NCBI RefSeq assembly: GCF_000253055.1
Contig: NC_016070.1
Location: 360,001-392,000, forward strand
Reading direction: 5' to 3'
Source of the DNA: Thermoproteus tenax Kra 1
GTDB lineage: Archaea > Thermoproteota > Thermoprotei > Thermoproteales > Thermoproteaceae
DNA length: 32,000 bases
Shown: in pieces, positions 25,286-32,000 of the stretch
Position numbering within the stretch: the first letter of the stretch is position 1
Layout: every line of letters begins with the position of its first letter
The notes under the pieces: model-generated
The model's input: only the letters and a program-made list of their open reading frames with translations
The model's database searches: none
What the model was told of the DNA's origin: nothing
Program-made: the position numbers and the translations under genes

Positions 25286-26521
25286 ATGGAGGCATCGCAA
25301 AAGAGGGCAGAAGTGGACGAGCTTGCGCGAAGCGCATCAAAGGTGTTAGAGCGTCTAGAGAACGGGCCTTGGCCGAGCCACGTCAAAGAGCTCAAGAAAT
25401 CCAAGTATCCCCTAGAGGCTTACGCCGCCGGTCTAGCTGCCCGTAAGACGCAGTGGGCGGCCGGCTCGGCGAAGATAAGATACGTCTACACTGGCTTTAT
25501 CGCCAGAAGGACGAGGGATGGAAAATATGCCGAACTGCACTTCCGCGTCTGGCAACCTTCGGGGCAAATATATACTACTGATTATCTCAGGAGACTCTTA
25601 GATTTCGCGGACACTTACGGCTTAGGTCTAATAGAGATTCTAGGCCAACAGGGTATGATGATAATATCTGTGGATCCCAGCAGAGCCGACGAGGCCATAG
25701 ACGCCCTTAGGGCCTTGGGCACAGACGTCGGAGCTACCGGCGATACCATCAGAGAGCTGGCCACATGCGTGGGCCCAGCCCTCTGCGAGTTCGCCTTGTA
25801 TGACACATTGGCTGCCAGAGACTACTTCTTGACGCACCCTAAGATCTATGAATGGATGAGCAACCAGCTGTTTCCCTTTAAGTTCAAGGCGAAGTTCTCC
25901 GGCTGTCCCATGGACTGCACAAGAGCGGTCCACAGGTCCGATTTCGGCTTCGTCGGCGTATGGGAGGGCGCCCCCGAGGTGGACCAAGAGCTTCTGAGGA
26001 GGAAGATAGAGGCCGGCGAGGTCGACCCCAAGGAGCTTGCGGCGAGGTGCCCCTCCGGCGCCATAACTTGGGACGGGAAGGAGCTGAAGATAGACGGAGC
26101 CAAGTGCAAGAAGTCGATGGAGTGTATAAGGAGGGCGTTCCCGGCGATAAAGCCTGGTAAGAACCGCAAGATAGCAGTGCTCGTGGGAGGCCACGTGAAG
26201 GGGAGATTCGGCGGCAAGATGGGGAAGCCGCTCGCCATAGTTAACAGTGTTGAGGAGGCCATGGGTTGGGTCGTGAAGACCGTCGAATCTTGGATGGATG
26301 GCCTCGAGACCGGCGTAAGCAAACACAAGGACAGAATCGGCGACTTCATTATGAAGGTGAACTTCAAGAAATACACCGAGGAGATCCTCGGAGTAAAAGT
26401 GCCCTACAAGCCCTCTCTACACGGGAGGCTGGGCGCCGGCGCTGTGTTAGACGACAACGAGAGAAAGATGTGGCTGGAGTGGGTTCAGAACATCGTGAAG
26501 GAATACGAGGAGAGGATATGA
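25286..26521 (+). CDS. dsrA: Dissimilatory sulfite reductase alpha subunit, copy 2
   Basis: It carries the same motif set as copy 1 (GPWPSHV, CVGPALC, SGCPMDC, CPSGA...CKKSMEC). By eye it is only roughly half identical to copy 1 outside the identical tracts. Confidence 0.9.
   Translation: MEASQKRAEVDELARSASKVLERLENGPWPSHVKELKKSKYPLEAYAAGLAARKTQWAAGSAKIRYVYTGFIARRTRDGKYAELHFRVWQPSGQIYTTDYLRRLLDFADTYGLGLIEILGQQGMMIISVDPSRADEAIDALRALGTDVGATGDTIRELATCVGPALCEFALYDTLAARDYFLTHPKIYEWMSNQLFPFKFKAKFSGCPMDCTRAVHRSDFGFVGVWEGAPEVDQELLRRKIEAGEVDPKELAARCPSGAITWDGKELKIDGAKCKKSMECIRRAFPAIKPGKNRKIAVLVGGHVKGRFGGKMGKPLAIVNSVEEAMGWVVKTVESWMDGLETGVSKHKDRIGDFIMKVNFKKYTEEILGVKVPYKPSLHGRLGAGAVLDDNERKMWLEWVQNIVKEYEERI
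25766..25806. repeat. 41-nt perfect inverted repeat, arm B (dsrA-2)
   Basis: Reverse complement of 24585-24625. Confidence 0.9.
25953..26154. repeat. 202-nt perfect inverted repeat, arm B (inside dsrA-2)
   Basis: Exact reverse complement of 24240-24441. The spacer between the arms is 1511 nt and contains both dsrA 5' halves and both promoters. Confidence 0.95.
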
Positions 26522-27633
26522 GCGCCAACCCCGCTGATAGACTGAGGAAGAACTTGCCGGTGCCCTACACCAAGTTTCTGCCGGAGCAGTTAAAGCGTAA
26601 CCTTGGCAAATGGATAGACCGCAAGTTCCACGGCTACGGGATAATTGAACACATCTCCGAGACCGGAGACAGAATATTTACCGTGAAGATAGGTACGCCG
26701 CCCAACTTCCGCCTCAGCACCTCCACCCTAAGGGAGTTAGCTAAAGTGGCGGACGAGCTTGGCATAGGCGCCCTGAGGTTTACCAGGAACGGAAATATTG
26801 AGTTTATCACAGACTCCCTCGACAAAGCGCTCAAGATCAAGGAGGAGGCCGAGAAGATGGGCTTCCCCGTCGGCGGCTGGGGGCCTACGCTCTGGTCCGT
26901 GAACTCGTGCACGGCCTTCCTCACTTGCACAACGGCGGTTGTGGACTCGCCATCAATAACTAAGGTTCTGTACGATGCGCTTAAACCGTACTTCACAGGA
27001 GAGATAACATTGCCGGCGAAGCTAAGGATAAACGTGTCGGGCTGCCCCAGCGCGTGCGGCGGATTTACTGCAGATATAAACCTCGTCGGCCATTACGGCG
27101 ATGCTCCAACTTACGACCCAGAGCGTATAAAGCTCTGTCTGCCCAAGAGCGCCAAGGCGCTGGAGACCGGGCACGTGCCGGAGGTGGCTGAGGTTTGTCC
27201 CACAGGCGCCATTAAAGTCTACGGGAAGCCGGACGGCACTGTAGGCCTAGACGTGATCCGCTCTAAGTGTATAGCGTGTGGCAGGTGTAGAGATGTGTGC
27301 GACTGGATGGACTTCGACGAGAGCAAAGCAGGCGTCGCTGTACTAATCGGCGGAAAGGCCAGCAACACGGGGACGGGCCCATGGCCCTCGGTACAAGTGA
27401 TACCTTGGGTTCCCGCAGTGCCGCCGGACTACAAAGAGATAGTCGCCGTTGTCAAAAAGATAGTCGATGTGTGGAGGAGCCACGCCAGGACAGGGGAGCG
27501 CATTGGAGATTGGCTGAACAGAGTCGGCTTCGAGGAATTCTACAAACTATTGAACATACCGCTCACTAGGTGGAACCAGCCGCCTAGATTCTCTGGGGAG
27601 TTCGGGATAAGGCAGTTCTTCCAGAGGGCGTGA
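26518..27633 (+). CDS. dsrB: Dissimilatory sulfite reductase beta subunit, copy 2
   Basis: The ATG at 26518 forms an ATGA overlap with the dsrA-2 stop. Motifs are CTAFLTC, SGCPSAC and CPTGA...CIACGRCRDVC. The longer track ORF (from 26266) is an out-of-frame run-through of dsrA-2. Confidence 0.9.
   Translation: MSANPADRLRKNLPVPYTKFLPEQLKRNLGKWIDRKFHGYGIIEHISETGDRIFTVKIGTPPNFRLSTSTLRELAKVADELGIGALRFTRNGNIEFITDSLDKALKIKEEAEKMGFPVGGWGPTLWSVNSCTAFLTCTTAVVDSPSITKVLYDALKPYFTGEITLPAKLRINVSGCPSACGGFTADINLVGHYGDAPTYDPERIKLCLPKSAKALETGHVPEVAEVCPTGAIKVYGKPDGTVGLDVIRSKCIACGRCRDVCDWMDFDESKAGVAVLIGGKASNTGTGPWPSVQVIPWVPAVPPDYKEIVAVVKKIVDVWRSHARTGERIGDWLNRVGFEEFYKLLNIPLTRWNQPPRFSGEFGIRQFFQRA
26809..26882. 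repeat. 74-nt inverted repeat with one mismatch, arm B (dsrB-2)
   Basis: See 23527-23600. Confidence 0.9.
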
Positions 27634-28127
27634 GCGTATACGACAAAATAGGTGAGCTCATCCTAGCTTTACGGTTTAGATATCATGTTGAAGAATTCGG
27701 GGATGCCTCTGAGCTGGCCAACTACATCAAAGAATTGGAGTCAGGCGAAGGCGTCGACGCGCTGCTCTCGTTGGAGGGACGTCCGCGGCCGTATCTAATA
27801 TCGGCGTATAGAGAGGGAGACGACGTTGTGCTGGCACTCGTAGACCTAGACGATGTGAGATCCCTCAAGACGGGAGTCAAAGTGGAGGAACTAGAGGAGG
27901 TGACGAGTGCTCTCGGCGCTGAAAAATACGGGTCTAATGGACTGGCCCCCTTCTTTTTCCCCATAATGGAGAGAGATGGCGAGGCGTTTTTTGCCCTAGG
28001 CCTCAAGGCCGTGTTGCCGCTCACAGTGGTCACTGGCGGCGCCATAGATGAACTGTTGGAGATCTTAGAAGTGCGAGGCGATGAATTTTTCAACGCTATA
28101 GTCGGCGCTTTGAAGTCCTTATATTGA
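27630..28127 (+). CDS. Hypothetical acidic protein, third gene of the dsrAB-2 operon
   Basis: 165-aa ORF. Its GTG start forms a GTGA overlap with the dsrB-2 stop. It shows no similarity by eye to the ORFs downstream of dsrAB-1. Confidence 0.5.
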   Translation: MSVYDKIGELILALRFRYHVEEFGDASELANYIKELESGEGVDALLSLEGRPRPYLISAYREGDDVVLALVDLDDVRSLKTGVKVEELEEVTSALGAEKYGSNGLAPFFFPIMERDGEAFFALGLKAVLPLTVVTGGAIDELLEILEVRGDEFFNAIVGALKSLY

Positions 28128-28150
28128 CGATGCTTGAGATGCTATCGTCG

Positions 28151-28186
<36 letters not shown>

Positions 28187-28372
28187 GATTTGAGCATATA
28201 ACCTTCATGGCAGAGCAGGTGAAGACAACCGAGAAAGGCTTAAACATCGGTGCATTCAACGCGGCGGCGCGGGCCAACGGCGGATGGCCCTGGCAGGGGG
28301 ACGCCACAATGCCCGTCCCAGCCGCGGCCCATTAACCCCGGGCAACGGGCGAGGCCCCCACGGTAGAGGCCC

Positions 28373-28387
28373 CGCCCTTTAGGGCGG
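28373..28387. repeat. Hairpin-forming 15-mer CGCCCTTTAGGGCGG, copy 2
   Basis: Identical 15-mer that overlaps the TAA stop (28379-28381) of the convergent wHTH gene. Confidence 0.7.
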
Positions 28388-29077
28388 CGCGGTCATAAAC
28401 TCTTCCAACTTTTTTCTAAAGTCTTCCAACTCTTTTTGTAAACGACATACTCCGAGACACGGCGCCTTGCAGACGACTATTGAATTACCTATAATGTAAT
28501 GATCGCCCGTATCCCACGCCAATCCTATTCTGTAGAGCCCCTCGGCGAAGAGGGGCAATGCGGCTGTAAATATCCGTTCGGGGATCTCTAGGATCTCGGA
28601 CAATCGTAATATTGACGATCTGCCCGAGACTAACAACAACATAGACGATGTCGTACAGAGTTTTTCTATGGGCGCTAGATACAAAGACATGCCTAACTTT
28701 CTCAAGGCGGCCAGAACCACTTGTGCCAGCGCTCCCACTTGCCAGAGCGGCGCCGATGTGTCCCATCGCGTCTTAAGTTGGACTAAGGGATATTGTGGCG
28801 GCGCGCATCCTTTACAGAGACAGTAGAGGGCGCCCCTCGCTGTAAGCCTTACCTTCCCCTCATATTTTTCTAAAAGGCCGCGCCTCAGCGCCTTCTGGAA
28901 TTTGGCGTAGGCCGTAGAAAAGGGCATGTTCAACCTCCTTGCCGCCTTGTATACTGTGCCGCCCGTGTTCTCGGCAAAAAAGGAGAGCAGGTCATCCACA
29001 GCCAGATCCTCGTTGCAGGTCCACCTCAGCTCCCCGAGATCTACCTTTGCCGGCTTGATGAGAATAATATTTCCCAT
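28379..29077 (-). CDS. Winged-helix DNA-binding protein (putative regulator), paralog of 18765-19247
   Basis: GGTVYKAARRLNMPFSTAYAKFQKALRRGLLEKYEGKVRLTARGALYCLCKGC aligns with PATAYKIANDLNYHFSQVYRKVRRLEKYGLIE...STVRGLIVCYYYNC of the paralog. It is transcribed divergently from dsrM. Confidence 0.5.
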   Translation of the reverse strand: MGNIILIKPAKVDLGELRWTCNEDLAVDDLLSFFAENTGGTVYKAARRLNMPFSTAYAKFQKALRRGLLEKYEGKVRLTARGALYCLCKGCAPPQYPLVQLKTRWDTSAPLWQVGALAQVVLAALRKLGMSLYLAPIEKLCTTSSMLLLVSGRSSILRLSEILEIPERIFTAALPLFAEGLYRIGLAWDTGDHYIIGNSIVVCKAPCLGVCRLQKELEDFRKKLEEFMTAPP

Positions 29078-29126
29078 GGTCTCAATAAATCGTTCTTAAT
29101 ATTTATATTGTGACTTTGCATCTTAT

Positions 29127-29135
29127 TGTTAATAT
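29127..29135 (+). promoter_or_regulatory. TGKTAATAA box variant (TGTTAATAT) upstream of dsrM
   Basis: 38 nt before ATG 29165, followed by GTTTATTTAA. Confidence 0.45.
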
Positions 29136-29164
29136 AGTTTATTTAACCCGCGCCAGTGGATCGC

Positions 29165-29929
29165 ATGGATTGGACAGACGTTATGCTCTATGGCGTCTTC
29201 CCCTATCTGTCTCTTTTATTGTTTTTCGGCGGGGTGATATACCGTTTTGCCAATTGGATCTCTGCACAGGGGCTAACAGGCCTTTACTCTGTCGCCGTGA
29301 AGAGCTACACTTGGAGCTTCGGAGCTAGAGCCTCCGAAGTTGTAAAGAGGGTGTTTGTGCTCTATACGCTGACTTTATCGGATAGAATGTTGTTAGTGGG
29401 CTCTCTCCTCTTCCACTGGGGGATATGGTTGGCTCTGCTCGGCCATCTCTCGATGATCATACCCCCTGAGACCCTCGGAATGCCTAGCTCGCTTCATGAG
29501 GCTATAGCGCTCTACGTCGGCGGAGGCGCTGGAGTTGTAGCTCTTATCGGCTTATTGATATTGTTAATCAGAAGAATAGTAAGACAAGATGTAAGACGGT
29601 TGAGCTTCCTTGACGACTGGTTCGCCTTAGTCCTATTATTAGGCATAGTCGTGTTGGGCCTCTATCAGACGTTGATACTACACCCCGATTATATGCACAC
29701 AGTCGCGCCGTGGGTTCAAAGCGTGTTGGTGGGCTCCCCCGATCTCTCAATAGTGGCTACATGGAGTTTAGTAACAAAAATCCATGTGCTCCTGGCACTC
29801 ATATTTATAGCCTATGTGCCCTTCGGAAAATTGATCCATCCGTTTTCTTTCTTAGCGATGCCCACGCTCTGGAAGCCGCCTACAAAACTTTATGGATATT
29901 TATTGGCTAAGCTTCGACCTTCCCAGTAA
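29165..29929 (+). CDS. dsrM: DsrM (NarI/HdrE-like membrane di-heme cytochrome b)
   Basis: It has about 5 TM segments with His-containing helices (LFHWGIWLALLGH, KIHVLLALIF) and lies immediately upstream of dsrK. I prefer ATG 29165 to the GTG at 29156, because it gives the same 38-nt spacing to the promoter box seen at other genes. Confidence 0.8.
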   Translation: MDWTDVMLYGVFPYLSLLLFFGGVIYRFANWISAQGLTGLYSVAVKSYTWSFGARASEVVKRVFVLYTLTLSDRMLLVGSLLFHWGIWLALLGHLSMIIPPETLGMPSSLHEAIALYVGGGAGVVALIGLLILLIRRIVRQDVRRLSFLDDWFALVLLLGIVVLGLYQTLILHPDYMHTVAPWVQSVLVGSPDLSIVATWSLVTKIHVLLALIFIAYVPFGKLIHPFSFLAMPTLWKPPTKLYGYLLAKLRPSQ

Positions 29930-29930
29930 T

Positions 29931-29939
29931 TGTTAATAA
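29931..29939 (+). promoter_or_regulatory. TGTTAATAA box upstream of dsrK
   Basis: Perfect box 40 nt before ATG 29971, starting 2 nt after the dsrM stop codon (29927-29929). This suggests an internal promoter or operator between dsrM and dsrK. Confidence 0.5.
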
Positions 29940-29970
29940 AGATTATTTTTTTACATCACGTACATCTACA

Positions 29971-31452
29971 ATGCAATCGTCGACTCATGAACATTTAGAA
30001 ATAAAACTTGGTGATACTTCTAATATTAAGACATTTAAAGCAAAAATAGATCAAGTAAAGATACTGCACAATAGAGTAGGTCTCTCTCTGCCCCCGGATC
30101 CCATGGGCCATATTAGGACGAGGATCAAGGAGGCTATTAAAAACAATAGAAATGTGAGAATGGCCATAGAGGTCTGCGTCCACTGCGGAGTCTGTCTCGA
30201 TAACTGTCCCACGTATGTACGAACTAAGGATATCTATAACTCGCCGGTGGGCCGCGCCGAGCTCATAAGAGCTTTTCTGAAGGCGGATTCAGTCAGCGGA
30301 AGGCTCTTCGGCAAGGCTGTCGGCGCAGTCAAACTCACTGAGGAGTACCTCGAGAAGATCTATACATATTATTATCAATGTCTGGAGTGTAGAAAATGTG
30401 CATATTCATGTCCCTTCGGCATCGATCAAGCAGACGTCACAAGGCTAGTGAGGGAGATAATGTACGAGGCCGGCATAGTATCGCGCTACGTGGCGACAGT
30501 GATAGACGCAGTGGAGAGGACTGGGACCAACTTAGGCATGAAACCTGTGGCCGTTATCAAATCCATCACCTTCGCAGCTGGGGAGATTAAGGAGGAGAAA
30601 AAAGTCGACGTAATATATTACATCTACCGAGATGATACAAACGAGCTCAAGAAGTATATCGGCGACAAGGAGGTGGCATCTTGGAAGCTCGACGCCGTGC
30701 CGCCCGATGAGAGGCCAGAGGCCCTTTTGGTACCGCCCTCCGCAGATTTCTTTACTAACATAGAGACTCTTAAGGGGTATATGCTGTTCCTCCATCTTAT
30801 CGGCGTTAAGTATGCCTTTTCTACGGAGATGGCCGAGTTGGCAAACTTCGGTCTGTTTGTCAGCGAGAGACACCTCCACTATATAGGCATGAAGGTAGTT
30901 AACGCCGCTCTTAAACTGGGGGTGAAGACAGTGATAGCGGGCGAGTGCGGCCACGGATGGAGGGCGTTCAAGAACTACACGGGCCCAGAGCTTGAAAGAA
31001 GGGGCATGAAGACGCTACACATATTCCATCTAGTGATAGATGCTATAAAGAGGGGGGCGATAAAGCTCAACCCCGACGCCAACGGCGATATAGTATACAC
31101 CTTCCAAGACTCGTGCAACTACGCGAGAGGCGGAGACTTGACGGAGGAGCCCCGATTCATTATGAGACACGTGGTTAAGAAGTACACAGAAAGTCCGCAC
31201 AATAGGGAAAAAACGTGGTGTTGTGGAGGCGGAGGCGGCTTATTGACCGACGAGCTTCTTCCTCTAAGAATACAATATGCCAAAAATTGGTATGAAGATG
31301 CGCTACAGGTCGGAGCGAGCCACGTCGTGAGGGCCTGCGCCATCTGCAAAGCTCAATTAAGCCATACGATCCCATATTTGAATAAAGAGTATAAAAGAGA
31401 GATCACATACAGCGGCCTAATGGACTTAGTCTATAGGGCCCTCGTCGTCTAA
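29971..31452 (+). CDS. dsrK: DsrK (HdrD-like Fe-S oxidoreductase with CCG domain)
   Basis: Two ferredoxin motifs (CVHCGVCLDNCP and CLECRKCAYSCP) are present, plus CCG-domain cysteines (FQDSCNY...WCCGGGGG...CAICK). Confidence 0.85.
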   Translation: MQSSTHEHLEIKLGDTSNIKTFKAKIDQVKILHNRVGLSLPPDPMGHIRTRIKEAIKNNRNVRMAIEVCVHCGVCLDNCPTYVRTKDIYNSPVGRAELIRAFLKADSVSGRLFGKAVGAVKLTEEYLEKIYTYYYQCLECRKCAYSCPFGIDQADVTRLVREIMYEAGIVSRYVATVIDAVERTGTNLGMKPVAVIKSITFAAGEIKEEKKVDVIYYIYRDDTNELKKYIGDKEVASWKLDAVPPDERPEALLVPPSADFFTNIETLKGYMLFLHLIGVKYAFSTEMAELANFGLFVSERHLHYIGMKVVNAALKLGVKTVIAGECGHGWRAFKNYTGPELERRGMKTLHIFHLVIDAIKRGAIKLNPDANGDIVYTFQDSCNYARGGDLTEEPRFIMRHVVKKYTESPHNREKTWCCGGGGGLLTDELLPLRIQYAKNWYEDALQVGASHVVRACAICKAQLSHTIPYLNKEYKREITYSGLMDLVYRALVV

Positions 31453-31784
31453 GGTTTTACATAAATATAACCTTGTTTGACCAATTCAACTATTTTTACG
31501 ATGCCTGCTGGAACTATCTCGGCGTTTTCGTGGACGTCGCGGGGGTCTATCCCGAGGTTTCTGAGGGAGTTGTTACACACATAGAACTTTACGCCACGCC
31601 TCGCGAGGGCGGCTATCCTTTCTCTAAACGGCGAGCCCTTGACCATGTGCTTCACCGCCAGTCCGTTCGCCACGACGGCTATATCGGCGTTTCCCACTGC
31701 GGCCAAGAAGTTCTCCGCATTTGAGAGAGCGATGGAGAGAGGGACCGGATCGTCGCTATCAACGTGCAACAGCAGTTTCTCCAT
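31449..31784 (-). CDS. DsrE/DsrF-like family protein
   Basis: 111 aa with KLLLHVDSDD... and a conserved-position Cys in VKFYVCNNSLRNLGI. It converges on dsrK with a 4-nt overlap. Confidence 0.6.
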   Translation of the reverse strand: MEKLLLHVDSDDPVPLSIALSNAENFLAAVGNADIAVVANGLAVKHMVKGSPFRERIAALARRGVKFYVCNNSLRNLGIDPRDVHENAEIVPAGIVKIVELVKQGYIYVKP

Positions 31785-32000
31785 GAGATTGTGTCACAAT
31801 AAAAATTCTAGCTCTGTCTCCAGAGCGAGATCATAAAACTATAACTGGAAGGCCAGCGCACCTCTCTAAAAACGACAGAGGGCCGGCCGAGCCAAAGCCC
31901 GGCGGGACTTGTATTGGAATATATGTACAAATGCGGACCTCGCCTAGCCTTCTTAGCCTTTCGCCATGCCTCAAGAGACCTCTCCCTCTATACGCCAGAT

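Noticed and set aside
26266-26517. N-terminal extension of the dsrB-2 ORF. Related items are the mirrored 'duplicated' small ORFs 24144-24434 / 25960-26160 and 24080-24451 / 25640-26326.
   Set aside because: These are out-of-frame read-throughs of dsrA. The identical peptides only reflect the 202-nt identical nucleotide tract and are not real genes. They were useful as confirmation that all three frames are identical.
31785-32000. Tail of the window after the last DsrE-like gene. I looked for a tRNA, a C/D-box sRNA or the end of a minus-strand gene.
   Set aside because: There are no tRNA-like T-arm or acceptor features and no box C/D motifs. Only a 9-codon open frame runs from the window edge, which is too little to call.

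Overview
This window looks like an archaeal, Thermoproteales-like chromosome segment. Genes are GC-rich, spacers are short and very AT-rich with TATA-like boxes about 20-30 nt before start codons, and ATGA start/stop coupling is frequent. The taxon call is an inference. I found no rRNA, tRNA, CRISPR array or transposase.

Layout:
- 1-4.6 kb: the 3' end of an inorganic pyrophosphatase gene and a complete LivFGMH plus binding-protein ABC importer.
- 4.6-8 kb: two DsrE-fold proteins, a TRASH zinc-finger protein, an EamA transporter, hemD and a peroxiredoxin.
- 8-11.2 kb: a decayed accessory patch. It holds a UPF0175/PIN toxin-antitoxin pair with a second orphan antitoxin copy, a frameshifted archaeal ATPase and a multiply frameshifted EamA remnant.
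- 11.2-32 kb: a dense dissimilatory sulfur island. It holds two diverged, divergently transcribed dsrAB operons, dsrC, dsrMK, dsrN-cobA, two tusA genes, three more DsrE-fold genes (five in the window), sqr plus a DUF1641 gene, two paralogous wHTH proteins, and a tusA / SelD-like::acylphosphatase fusion / MerA-like reductase operon.

Main observations:
1. The two dsrAB copies share perfect or near-perfect nucleotide tracts, including a 202-nt perfect in-frame inverted repeat, inside otherwise diverged genes. This points to gene conversion and a possible invertible segment.
2. A conserved 9-nt box (TGKTAATAA) sits 38-41 nt upstream of 11 start codons of sulfur genes and is missing from the housekeeping promoters here.
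3. The SelD-like/acylphosphatase fusion operon is unusual.
4. Uncharacterised ORFs are translationally coupled to each dsrAB copy.
5. A GC-rich 250-nt non-coding spacer is bounded by a repeated hairpin.
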